The notes beneath the pieces were generated by a model. The model was not told where the DNA came from. It saw nothing but the letters and a program-made list of their open reading frames with translations, and searched no databases. The position numbers and the translations under genes are program-made. DNA of 64,000 nucleotides from Chlorokybus atmophyticus (Eukaryota > Plantae > Mesostigma and Chlorokybus algae). Positions within the stretch are counted from its first letter, which is position 1, and every line of letters begins with the position of its first letter. The DNA lies in the NCBI GenBank assembly GCA_009103225.1, contig RHPI01000638.1, positions 372,001 to 436,000 on the forward strand, written 5' to 3'. Positions 11,870-24,615 of this stretch are shown here, in pieces.

Positions 11870-13480
11870 ATGCAGCAACACATATGCATGGAGCAAGGTT
11901 AAGAACTCAAGGGCAAGAACTGCGCGAAGTTGAAATTGCTGCTGCTATTGTCAATGATAGCAGGCTAAACTGGCTTACAAAGCATCGCTTGTGGAATGGC
12001 TTATGATGTCCACCTGACAGCTCTTCGTCACGGGGTCATTGTGCATACACGCATCAAAAAACGAAGCTAACAAGAAATAAGCACTGACATGAGAAAGCAT
12101 TGACATGAGGAAGCACGTACCGTTCTTGATGGGTGCAGACCACCTGGAGACTCTGACAGGCAAATAAGTAGTGCAGGCCGGCAGGTGAGCTCCTGGCCAT
12201 GAAGCAGTTTAACACTAGCACACACATATAATAATGTACGCATGCACGCATGCAGAGCTAGCAACAAAGCGCCTGCATTGAAGCCAGCACATGCGCAAAG
12301 GCTCTCGAGTACTGGTACTCGCTGTGTACAAGTAGTGTCGACGACACAGCCATGGCCATGTCGGCTACTGAGAGACAGCCTTTGGTAGACGCGGTCCGAC
12401 AGAAACGGTCGGCGGAGGCAACATCACCTGCTCATGCGTGCGCGAGCACGCATTGGTTAAATGCACGTGGAAGCCAGCGGCCTGTCTCTGGAAAGCTAGT
12501 TGGACGCAGCACGCGCAGCGATCAGCAATCGCTGTCACTAACAGTCAACCATTGTCACCATCCGGTCCGCAATTGGACTTAAGATGTTCAGGTTCGATTC
12601 CACAATACACACGCAAGCTGGACTTGTTATGCGATAGTATTGTTACGGTGAACCTGAATGTGTTCAACTGAATCACAAGCACACAGGTTCAACCTGTGTT
12701 TATGTGTGTTTATGATCAGAATGAAACCAAACCACACCAGGGTAGCGATGTATGTCACATACTCTCTGTACCCGACTCAAGCCGTAGTCTTTAGAAGCTG
12801 ATATACAACTCAAACACATAGGTGCGAGCAGAAAAAATTCAAAGGGACTGTCATGTCAATGTGGAAAAACCAATGGAACAACGGAACAGGGCTGGTTACG
12901 CACATGCAACTCCATACTCACAATGCGTCAAGCTTCAAGCATGCTTCCTAGAACTGTAGCTCGCAATCATACAATGGCCGGCAAGCGCACGCTAGCTTCA
13001 GCTACAGCCGATCAAGCTGCCCACCGGGAGCTTGCAGCTATGTCACAGCTATGTCAGAGTGTGGGCCAGCCCATGTGTGCTTGTCGTGCTGGTAGCGAAT
13101 GTGTGCTTTCTTCTTCAACGACACAGTGGCTTGGCAACTTGCCGCCGATGTGGGCAAGGCATGAGCACGAAATTCAAGCACATGCAGCATCCCCGCTGCA
13201 AGTAGCAGCATGCGCACCACACCTAGTGACGGGCCTCCGGGTCCAGAACCGCGGTCCGCACACCCCTCCACCTGTAGCAGCACCCCCGCTTCTTCCTTCC
13301 GCCAAGCTTGGCCGTAGGCAGCAGCAACACCGCCACCACCACCGCAGCCTGCTGCAAGCTCAGCTGCGGGGTGGGGTGTCTGACTGTCGTCGAATTGACA
13401 TCTGCCTCTCGTAGTAGACAGGGCGGGTGGTGGTGGACCACGGTGTACAGTACACCACTGGTGATGATGTAATGCATCAT
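11870..13480 (-). pseudogene. Copy D: internally deleted paralog (5' exons joined directly to the 3' flank)
   Basis: 12060-13480 is an inverted match to A 2530-3900 and includes exon 2 (MAMAVSSTLLVH). 12005-12030 matches the copy E 3' flank (225-245). 11870-11935 matches the copy B 3' flank (15066-15127). The downstream coding exons are absent. Confidence 0.6.
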
Positions 13481-13599
13481 GGCCCAGCGCGTACTCCTAG
13501 CAGGGGTTAGGGTACCTAGTGGTTAGGGACAGTTGAGGTTGTCCTCTATGCGCCACATCCGTTGACACGCCCAAAAGTTTAACTGCTAGGGACCGGCAG

Positions 13600-14560
13600 C
13601 CGCGTGCTGGGCTGGGCATACGCGAGCAGGCGGCACGGAGGGACAGCGAGTGCAGTGAGTGAGCTTTGCTTTGTGCGTGTGTGGGATGCCTTAGCGGTGG
13701 CCCGCTGCTCCTAGCGCCTCCGTTGCAAGCTCTCTGGTGTTTTGCAACCAATCAACTGGTGGTGGCTGCAGCTGGCTTGAGGGTGCGACAAAGTGTGCTT
13801 CTGCGATGCCTGCTGCCGAGCAGAACAATGTCTCTTCCAAAATCTTGTAAGTTTTACATAGTAGTTGATTCCCGTGTACTGGGCATTTGAAGCCGATGGC
13901 AGTAGTCACGTCTCCGCTTTGCTTGGCTGACCAGCTGACCCGCTGATCCGCGTAGGCAACCGCACTGTCCGTAAGCGGACAGTGCGGATACACGCAAGCA
14001 CTCACATGCCACGGCTGCCGCTCGTTGTGAAGTCAAGCGCCAACTTGTTCAAATTAACAAGGAGGTTTGTGTTGCTGCAAGCTGGCATGGCAGCGTGCAT
14101 GTTGAACAAGCGGTGTCAGCCCTGCCCAGCAGGCTGGCATCTAGTGTCGTTGTATAGACGCTTGATCAACACAATGCAAGTTGAGGTTTCAGGCCAGGTG
14201 AGCATTGCGCTGAACACTCACTGGACCCGGCAATAGACTAAGGCAAACCTTGTAACATGTAGCCTGATTAATGAAGTTGTGCCCTGTGTGCATGCACACC
14301 AATGGCACTCAGTAGCACCATAATGATGATTGCACAACAAGAACAAGGTGACAAGTGAGCACAAACAGCCAGCGTGCTTGGTGCGGAGTACTTGCAGAGG
14401 CAAATTGTCACATGTCAATGCAGTGAGGGTTTTCGATTTTGGATATTATGATATGGCATGACTGCGATATCTGAGGTGAATTTAGGAGGTGCGTGCGCGC
14501 GCGCATGTGCATGTATGTGCACACACGCGCACACATACACGTGTGCGCAGGTGCAATGCA
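13600..14560 (+). pseudogene. 5' fragment (D') of a C-type paralog, divergent from copy D
   Basis: Aligns with 18880-19640 (ADSADTRKHSHATAAA...VKRQLVQINKE|gt versus TDSAAASKLTYATAAP...HLLIELGKE) and with the reverse complement of 1445-2400. Confidence 0.5.
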
Positions 14561-15286
14561 AATGCACAATCAACTCCCGTCAACTCGTGCATGTATGCAT
14601 CGAGAATACAGCAATCGTAGATCATCTGTGACAGAGAACTTGCTCGCACATGCGCTGATGCCTATTGACCACGGGGGAGGGGGGGGGAGGTGTGCGTTAA
14701 GTATGTGCGACATGCTCAACATACTACTAACATGATGTTGAGCATGCCATGGTCATAGTGGCGCTCATGATGTGCAGCGCAGCCATATAAGCGAGTCCTG
14801 CATGCGTGCATGACAAGCATGGGTGGGCAGTAGAGTCATATCACATCATGCAACAAGTTGGAAACTTGGTTGATGTCCGACATGGCAGAGTCTATGCATG
14901 TGTGCAACAGAGTTAAACACGTCTTGCATGGCTCAGTGCTGCAATGCTTGCGTCCCCATTGGGCTGTACGATGCAATGAGAATATCATGAAAGGTCGGTG
15001 TTTCCACATGTGTTGATAAGCACACGCTTCTCATTAAACTCAACAAGAGCTTAACAAGTGAGATACGGCAGCAACGTGCAATACAGAAGGTCAATGAGAG
15101 ACTCAGGGGCAACAACCGCGCGAAGTTTCCACTGCCTACTAAAACATCACGCTTACCTTTATACGTCCATGGTTTACCTCAAATCTCTTCACCATAGGGT
15201 GCTATTGTGCATGCGTACCTCTTCTCCGCTAACAGGCAAGTTCAAGACAAGAAAGCCCCTTAGCTAGACCACTGCGCTAATGCGAT

Positions 15287-17544
15287 TCAGCGGAGCCACT
15301 TCATGGTAAGTTTCATAAATGGTTCACGCCTGGAAACAGCCACAGTACACACAAAATACCAACCAAAGACGCCTTGACGATCCCTTCCATCAACCACTTG
15401 AATCTGGGTGGATTGTTGCAAACGGCTTCCAAGTCATGGTACGTTCTAAGGATGTTGAACGGCGTCCGCCAGAAGTTGCGAGTGCCCTTCCCGTCAGTGT
15501 TACGCAGGAGGATGTGCCGAAACCCTTCAGCACGGTTATCGCCCAGTGCCTCATGCATGTGTCTGAGTCTGAGTGCATCTTGACGTCACCCACACCCACA
15601 CGCTTCGGCTCTATTTCTGTACACACACAGCAGCACACACACGACCAAAGTGATGACTGTCCATGGAACACATGCATTTTGCACAGGTTGATGAACGCAC
15701 GCACATGCATGTGCACAGATGAACAGGCATGCGTCGGTATCTCCGGATCAAGGTGCAAAATGCATCAAACGACATTGGAATATTAGGCATGGGCAAAATT
15801 GTCTTAGTAAACATAACATGCAGCCTTTATGCTTCAAGTGTGTACAATGCTTGTGTTGCCCACCTCATTGTGCCACTTGTTCCATGCGTTGTACTGTGCA
15901 ACGTAGATCGCACCAAGTACGTATGCGGCCGCATGCGCGCGCGCAGAGTCTCCCGCAAACACAACACTCTTTGCAGTGCTAAACTTGGTCAGCTGATGGT
16001 CAGCTGATACACGCGCACGTGTGCACGTGAACAGCCGCGCTACCCCCGCCGCTACGGCAACGTCTTCATTTGACAAATACTTTGCCGCCTCGCCTGTGTC
16101 ATTCCGCCGCAAAAGCAGTAGCCGAGCACCATGCTTGGACCAGTATTCTCTGAAGTTGTCTTCCTGTTTGACCATCTCTAATGCTTGCTTTGCGAAGTCA
16201 ATAGCGCTGGCTGCACTGCTGTCGTTTGCCTCTGGTGTGCAGTTGCGGATGAACGGACATTGGTGGGCCAAGTTTGCAACCGACCAGCATTGCCGTGCAT
16301 GTGACTCCCGGTAGCAGCCAGAAGTGCTCGCTCACCTGTGTGTGTAGGCAGAGAATGTGTATGTGTGTGCGCGCGCGTGCGCGTGCGCGTCTGTGTGTGC
16401 GTGTGTGTGCTCACGTGCGTGCGTGTGCAGAAGGCTAAACGGGCCTTGAGCTCATGCGAGCTGCAGGAATACTTGGATCGCATGCACGTGCCTGTGCGTT
16501 TCTTTCTAATAAAGACATTAGCATACACGTAAGTACCAAATCTACACAACAAAAAACATTTGCCTGCTCTTCGTGTGCAGGCTGCTCAAGTGCAACGCCG
16601 TTGGAAGCTGCAGAGCTGTTTAGGAAAGCGCCTATTATGGTAGGGTAGCAATTGCTGAACGATAGCGCATTGATTAAACCAAGCAAAATGCATTTGTTGC
16701 ATGCCTTTTGCGCTTTTGCAAAGCGGTTGCAGCGCCCCTTTTTGGTTACTGTTTGTGTGCAAGCAGCTCACTCGCAAAGCCCTCCGTGCGGATTTCTGCA
16801 CGATGCTTGCACCACAGAGTTTGGGTGTGGGCGTGCTTGTCTGTCATAGTAGCTGCGTGCGTGTCCGTGTGTGCTTGTAGTACAGCATTCAGCAACTTTG
16901 AAGATGCTTGCAACAAACAAGCGCTAGCATGAGGAAGCACGTACCGGCGGTTCTGATGGGCGCAGACCACCGTGACTCTCTAACAAACAGACTGGCAGTG
17001 CACGCTGGCAGATGAGCTCCTGCCCATAACAGTTCAACGCAAGCACGCATGCGGTTGCGTATACAGGTGTACGCTTTTGTGTGCGCTTGTGTGCACACAT
17101 ATACCGACGCGCACATGCGCATGCCCCCCCCTCCCNNNNNNNNNNNNNNNNNNNNNNNNNNNNNNNNNNNNNNNNNNNNNNNNNNNNNNNNNNNNNNNNN
17201 NNNNNNNNNNNNNNNNNNNNNNNNNNNNNNNNNNNNNNNNNNNNNNNNNNNNNNNNNNNNNNNNNNNNNNNNNNNNNNNNNNNNNNNNNNNNNNNNNNNN
17301 NNNNNNNNCAAATTGGCAACCCAATACTGACAAGCAAATCGGTAGGGCACGCCGGCAGATGCTCCTGCTCATAGACTTGAAAAACTGGCAGTTTTGTACA
17401 AGCAATTATACGGTTGCGCACACATGTGTACACAAATGTGCATGTTCGCATATCTCAACGCGCACATGCATGTGCGCCGGCGCGCACGCACAGAATGCAG
17501 CTCGGACAATGACACTCACTGCATAGGGTCGCAGGATCTGCCAT
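15287..17544 (-). pseudogene. Copy B: frameshifted paralog of copy A
   Basis: Same exon series (MADPATLC; QKSARRALRVSCLHTN; GAFLNSSAASNG; VSEHFWLLPG; VGVGDVKMH). Has a ~14-nt deletion frameshift near 16260, a frameshift near 15510 and an AG>AA change at the exon 3 acceptor. Confidence 0.7.
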
Positions 17545-19179
17545 TGTGGTGTAGGCTATTGAGTGGTCGCCTCTGGTACACGCGGTCCAAGGATTGCCAC
17601 CTGTGCACACCTGTGCCAGCAAATGCGCTGGATGAGCACATGTGGAGAACAGCAAACCGAATTCAGACCCCCCTNTCCTTACGCTGCCAGACAGAGTGCC
17701 GCTCAGCCCATCTCAAGTCTACAACCTACGTTAAGGAAAAAGCCAGCTACAAAGAGTCATGGTAGCTACCTACAAGTACTGATGGTATGAGTCATAGTCA
17801 TGCTGCGTAAAAATGTCTATGTCTATTATGCTTGTTCCAGTAAATCATACCATACACATGAAGGACACATCTGCAACGAGCAGTAGCCGTGTCATATGCG
17901 TGCGTAAATCTGACATGCAGTTGGTCAGCAAATCATGTTGCTAGCATGCAGAAGTCAGCAAAGAAATGTGCCTGATCACCCCCAACCAGCAAAAACAGCG
18001 GCGCTGTCACATGCGTTTTCAGATAACTGCATGTGTGCGACCTGCTTCAAGAGTGTTTCATGAACGTCTAGACCGCTGCTCGCAGCAAGCCAATGGCCAG
18101 CGAACGCAGGCTAGCTTTGGCTACAGCCGCCCACCTGGTGAGCTTGCAGCTATGTGGGCCAGCCGACGTGCTTGTCGTGCAGGTGCCACCTGTGCTGCTC
18201 ATGCTTACCAAACAATGCGTTTTGTTTTTGAACAAACCAGAGGCTAAACAAGAGCAATGCAAGGCAAGCACAGAAGCACGCAACTCAAGCACATTGAGCA
18301 CAGCATAATTGCTAAAAGCAGCAGAAATGCCCATCACACCTGGTAACGGTCCCCGGCGCCCAGCGAAGGGGTCCACACCAGGCCACCGGCAGCAGCTCCG
18401 CCTCCCTCCGCCAGCCCTTAGGCCCACCACAGCAACACCAACGTGAACACCGACAATGACACCACCAACGCCAACGCCACCAACGCCGACACGTCCCAGC
18501 AGCAGCAGCAGCCCTCTAAATCAGCTCTGCTCAGCTCATCTCATGAGAGCCCTTTGAGCTGAGCCAATCAGCTGTGATCAGGCCCTTTGAGCTGATCAAG
18601 TCTTATGTCTCTGACATAAGCTCAAAGGGCCTGTCAGAGAGATGCTATGAGGGATAAGCACAATGGCGGGAAATGCACTGGCGTGAATGTCGGTGCCAGA
18701 GGTCGGATAGAAGGGCGCAAACGGGGCGCAGCGCAGTGTCTCAGCGTCGACATCATCGTAGTGACAAGATATCGACGACGGTCACCATAAAGGCGGGGCT
18801 TGGGGAGCTGCCCAGCAGTAGTCATTCATTTTGTTGTGTGTACAGTGTAGTGTGTAGTGTAGTGCTTAGGGCCGGGGCGGCGGAGGACAAAGAGGCGGTG
18901 GAGCGGCAAGGTGAAACCTGAGCTTTGTGGTGGAGCCTGGCTGACCGATGGCCCTCTTCTGCGAGGCGCCTCAGCTGCAAGCTCGCTTTGTGATCTTTGC
19001 TGATGGACTGCAACCAACCAACTGATTGCTGCTTGCGGATGCCCGGTCACTGCTGATATGGGTGGCTGAGCTAATTGGCTTTCTTGAGCGTGCGCAACGT
19101 GTGCGCTTCTATGGTGGTTGGATGTCTTCTGGTAGTTGTTTTGATTGTGTAGTACTCAGCCCTCTGTTTGCCTTTGCAG

Positions 19180-21298
19180 AACAGCGGCCAACAGACAGTG
19201 CCGCTGCATCCAAGCTCACGTACGCCACTGCTGCGCCCTCCGCTTAAACCATTTACTTATTGAGCTCGGCAAGGAGAGGTATGCTGCTACAAGTAGAAGG
19301 AGATTTGGTATGGCAGTCTGCATGTTGAGTGTTGTGCGTGTGCTTAGCCTGCTGTCAACTAGCGTGTCGTGTAAAAGGCGTTTCTTTCACACAGCACAAG
19401 GTCTCATACCATGAGCGCAGTGATCTGTTGTTATGATTGCGCCCAGCTTGAAAACGGGGTCGCACCTTCTTGCTAACACCGCATGCTTTCTTTACAATTT
19501 GCTTTAGTTTCCAGTGCTTGCGTGGCGGCCATGTGCACATGGGCGCAGACACAGACAAATGCACTCTCGCACCCACGGCTACAACTATGCACGGTGCAGG
19601 TACTGTGCGCAAGTACTTGCGGAGAGCTAAAAGTGAACATTTGGACGGACGCTACACGCTGAACTGCAGAATGATGGAGGATTCTACAGACGCGCCTGCT
19701 TTGAATGAAATGAAGCAGGCGCTGCAACTGCTCTGTGCAGGTGTGACGCCGCTGCACAATAATCTGATGAAACGCATGACTATTGGTTGAATGTGCTCCC
19801 TTCAGCAGGCGCGTCTTATCAGGATTCTGTAGCTTCGGACAACAATGCGTTCAAACAACCAGCAGCCGAACTTCAGTTGAGTGTAACACAGCAGGCAAGT
19901 GTGCATTGGTATATGTGTGAGTCAACGGCATTGACGGTTGTATTAAGAAGGATGTGCATATGCCCACGTACTTGCATCAAGCATGTACAACGCATTTTTT
20001 TCAAAACATGGTGTGCAAACGCACATAACAAGTACTCACACACAAATACACAGGTGAGCGAGCACTTTTGGCTGCTACCAGGAGTTGCATGCACTGCAAT
20101 GCTGGTGGAGTGCAAACTCGGACCATCAGTTTCCTTGCAGCTGTTGGAAGCCATCCGTAATTGTGCGCCAGTGCCAACGACATCAGCGCAGCGAGCCTCG
20201 TTGGCTACGCGAAGAGAGCTTTGGACGTGGTGAAAGATGAAGAAGGATCCAAGTACTACCAGTGCAAACATGGTGCACGCACGCTGTTGTTGAATTGGGA
20301 TGATAGAGACAGCTTGGCGGATTACCAGTCAGTTGAAGACGTTGCACTGGCTGCGGGGATAGCGCAGATGTTCCGCGTGTACACGCACGTGTACACTGTT
20401 GGCAAGCTGGCCAAATTCCGCGATGCGAAGAGTGTTGTGTATGCGGGAGACTCTGCACGCGAGCATGCGCCGGCATACGTGTACCGTGCCATCTACCTTG
20501 CAAAGTACAGTGCACAAACCTTGCAGTCCAATTGGTGCAATTCTGGTGCACAATACTACCACTTTGTTCTGGTAGCTTCCTACCACTGCTACAGAGCTTC
20601 CTCTGCTTATCGGGCTACTTTCTTTCACCTGCAGATATGCGTATCTTTGGATAGACCGCGACCCGCTTGAGTAGTTAAACCAAACATGTGAAGCACTCAG
20701 GTGAGCAACGGAAAGCAGTATACACATTTAGAGAACACATGCCACGTGTCCTGTATGGCTGATGACAAGAATGTCCATTGACTTCCTGCAATGTTCAATT
20801 ACTGCATGTTCAGGGTCACCCTGAATTCAGCAAGCTGCAAACACATGCGTGCCTATTGGACTGTACGAATGCACTTGCGAGCATCCATCAGCATGTGCAA
20901 AGATGCGTGTACCATGGAGAGAAGTAACATCTTTGTGTGTGCAGCTGCTGTGCGTTGCATAGGAGGAAGCGAGCAGAAGCTTTGTGAGTGTGGGTGGCGT
21001 CAAGTTGTACCACGACTTGGCAACATGCACCAGAAACTGAACCGTGGAAGTGCTCAAGGGCATCAGCGTATCTGACAGCCTCCTGGACATCATGCAGGGC
21101 ACCAACAACTTCATGTGGACACCGTTCAACACCTTGAACAGCCTTGACGACCTGACAACCGTTTGCAACTCCCCACCCAGACTCATGTAGTTGATGGCAA
21201 ACGTCATCGAGGCCGTCTGTGCCGTGACCGTGCTTGCCCTGGTGAGGTATCTGCTGTTGTGGTTGCTGTTTAAAGTGATCAGCCTGTGGTTCCGCTGA
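19180..21298 (+). pseudogene. Copy C: paralog with a frameshift and two premature stops, head-to-head with copy B
   Basis: VSEHFWLLPGVACTAMLVECKL... then a 1-nt deletion near 20170 into ANDISAASLVGYAKRAL...VVYAGDSAREHAPAYVYRAIY. The last exon has TGA (21038-21040) and TAG (21188-21190) at Trp positions and ends SLWFR-stop. 5' start uncertain. Confidence 0.7.
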
Positions 21299-21324
21299 TG
21301 AACTTCGTCTTACTAAAAGCAGTT

Positions 21325-21329
<5 letters not shown>

Positions 21330-21363
<34 letters not shown>

Positions 21364-24300
21364 CATGTACAAGAACCTTTGTATGGAAGCGGTGCCAGAT
21401 GGACAGTGGACGCCCACAGCTTGTTATTTCCGGAAGACCGTTCACCCTGCCTGTCATGGTGCATGGTTGTTACTGTCTGAGATGGTGCCACACCAGCACC
21501 TGAACCAGCAGTTTTTGAGGGTGCCCTATGTGAGCAGCAGCATACAGCAGCTGTCAACGACATTATCCTGCGCCGGGGCCTCAAGCAGTTGTTGCGCATG
21601 CGTATACATCACTGTTGTCAGCCCTCGCTTCAACACACTCTACTACTCCCTCATCTCTGCATGTCTGCTATCGCTCCATGCGCATCTGCATTGGCGAGAA
21701 CCATCATCAATGCATGCGCTTGTTATTGTGTGTTGTGGCGCTTGACGTCAGCAGTGCAGCATGAGAACTGCTGAGCGCGCTCAGTAGTAGACAATTCGGT
21801 AGATACCAATATGGGCTGGTAGCGCGCTTGTAGATGTACGCGTCGGAGGTGCTGTGCACGCAGTCGTTTGTCACAGTGTGGCTGAAACGCGGCGTGCGTG
21901 CGCCGCCTCGCACCCACCGCCCCGCTCAACCTCCGAGGTGGGAGAGTCTCCCACCCCTACGCCACCCTATGCAAAGGTAGGTAGGAGACGGTGGTGTTAA
22001 ACACTGTTGCGGCAACGTCGTCAACACCACCGTGATGACCGTCTCCAACTTACCTGTCTGGTTCGCAACGCTATTAGTGTTCACACACACGAACACCCAC
22101 TCACCCACCCAACCACACACGCACGCACGCACGCACGTGCGTGCGTGCGTGGGTGCACATACTCGCACGCAAGCAGGCACAGAGCCCATACTTTGGTAAC
22201 CAATGCGTGACTTGCTTGCACGTTTCTTGTTGCTGTTTTTGTACGAGAACTTGGCCCATGTCATGTCGCCAGTGGCAACACGGATGGTTGTGGACTTTCG
22301 CCCGCTGCGCGTGTGGCTGTTCGTGTGGTTCACCCATTTTGGATGTTCCTGCACGACGCGTGGTTCTTCTTCAAGCACAAGATTGCATGGCCACAAGGCC
22401 ATCTTGCGCTTCGTCCACGCTGGCTACCACGACCAAAATGCAATACGCACGCTTGTAACCAGTTTTCGTTCAGCACGCCAGGATGACTGACCCAAGATTC
22501 GCTTTCCTGTAAGAACAGTAGGCTGTCAGCCTTGGAATCAGTGATCCCACAGCAAATGGCACTACTGCAACATGCAACATTATAGCTATTGCTATGCTCT
22601 TTGGAACAGATGTGTCTGTGCAACGCACGCAAGTCTGCAGTTGATGTCGCATTCTGCTTATGGTGGCAGGCAGACTGCTAAAAATTGCATGATGTACTAA
22701 CATCGAGGGATACACCCATCGCGGTTGGGACTACTCGCGAGCTCTGGAGTTGTCGCTGCACACGGGGTTATATTACAGCCTCGTGCTGCTGTGGATGTAC
22801 CTCCATCACACGTGACACAACATCGCGTTCACGCACGCACGCATGCAGTTACGTGCCACTCACATGCAACCCAACGACCACTGCCCCGTGACACAACAGC
22901 CACCCAGGTGAGATCCTCTGGCCTTTGTCTTCCTGGTGGTGTTTGAGGTGGCAACGGACGTGACTGGTCACTGCGACTACTGGCCGCCAGTCGTGCAATG
23001 CCCGACTGGCTGTACTGCACTACCGGCGGCCTCAACGGAGGGTAGACGTAATTTTCCCTAATCATCATGTTCAACAAATTGGCAATTGGAAGAGACACAA
23101 ATTGTGATTGTGTGCAGGTGGGATTGACACCTGTTACTGCTGCGCGCCCCAACGATCATTACATCCACCACCTTGGCCCATGCTACAACAGTTCCCTCTA
23201 CTCTAATCACTGCTGAGAGACGTAACCGGCACATTCGCAGCATCATCATCAGTACTCACACTACAAATCGCTCAGTGGCTTATCAACTACCCAAATAACC
23301 AACATGCACGTTGATCCTATCCTTGGTTTATGGATTGGTTGACTATCGACCAATGACGTGGGCGCAATGAGGGCATCACCGCCTGTTGGCGATTGAGACA
23401 GGGACATATTTCTCAGCCACCGTGTCCTATCTCAAGGCTGTGCCCAGTGAGGCCAAGCCACGTGCATGAACTACTCGTTAGTAACCCGTGAATGGGGAGG
23501 CGACATGCACATGTGTTGAGATTGTTACGCGCATGCGCTAGTGTTACTCAGTGATTTGTACATCTGCTAGTTGTTAGGCCTAGGTGTGCTAGAGCCTGTT
23601 TTATCGGGTTCCTTTGCTAATGGCATTGGTGGATGGCATGCATACCATATTGTGTGGTCCCATGCATGTCCTAAAGCACCATATGAGACCGAGTTCATGC
23701 ACAGGTTGCATGAACTCGTTTTCTGCGGGACGATTTCAATGGTAATGGTTGCTAAAAGGCAGCCCAGCAAATTGAACACACGGCACCATCAATCCATGAT
23801 AGTACTGGGTTGAAAGCTGCACACATCATAATACTGTGTCCAAGCTGGAACAGCAGTACGACAGTTTGCTTGCCTGCCGGACCGCAGTGTGGTGTATGGT
23901 GCAGCATTACGATGTTGCAATAACAATGTGCACCTCACATGTATACTTTTTTGCATGTTCGTTTCATTGCGACAAGACAGAAAGGGTTGCGTGCATGGAA
24001 GTTGAAAGTTCTTGTGAAGAACCAGTGCGTGCATCCAACTCTATGCTTGCAGCAAGGCTCAGCTCAATGAGGTTGCCTTTACCGAGGGCGGCAGCGGCAA
24101 CCACGCCCATCTCCGAGCCGCCGCCCCGCGTGCTGTTGTCTATGGCACCGTTTCAAGTGTGGCATGCGTGGGTGCGGCAAACAGCATCACTACGGTTGCG
24201 TGGTTGCATGATGATGGCAACAAACTCATGTCGTGCTTGCAACCTGAACGACTTGCCATTGACTCACCCAGGACTACCTGCTAGTGCACAGTATCATAGA

Positions 24301-24615
24301 CTCGTGGGAGACGGCGAGCGTGCACTCACCCGAGCACACTCTACCACAAGCTCAAGGTGGGAGCTTGTGTGTGTCTGCTCATCTGAGCATCATAATTGAT
24401 CCTTGACACTAATCACGTTGTGGCGTGGTTTCATGACAAGTACAGGTTTAGACCCGAAGTGATGGGTTTCAATCAGCGCAACAATGGCGTAGAGGTGGAG
24501 TACACTGATGGCACGAAGGAAGGCTGCGACTTGTTTATTTGCGTGGATGGAGCAAAAGTCCACTTGTGAAACAGCCTTTGTTGCTTGAGGTAACGAGATG
24601 AAATTGCGCACGCAC
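21330..24615 (-). mobile_element. Probable decayed non-LTR (LINE-like) retrotransposon ORF2 relic with (GA)n tail
   Basis: Correctly ordered relic motifs on the minus strand: ...AIVALIETH (APE endonuclease DIxxLQETH-like, 24390-24611), RGGG (~24120), IMMCAAFN (GDFN-like, ~23810-23830) and GRAAVTGVN...LPIANLLNMMIRENYVYPP (RT domain 0-like, ~23050-23150). A microsatellite lies at the 3' end (21330-21360). No YADD-like core was found. Confidence 0.45.

Noticed and set aside
12570-12602. tRNA-like fragment (tggac-ttaagat-gttca followed by ggttcgattcc)
   Set aside because: No D arm, acceptor stem or full T stem, and not conserved in the copy A homolog.
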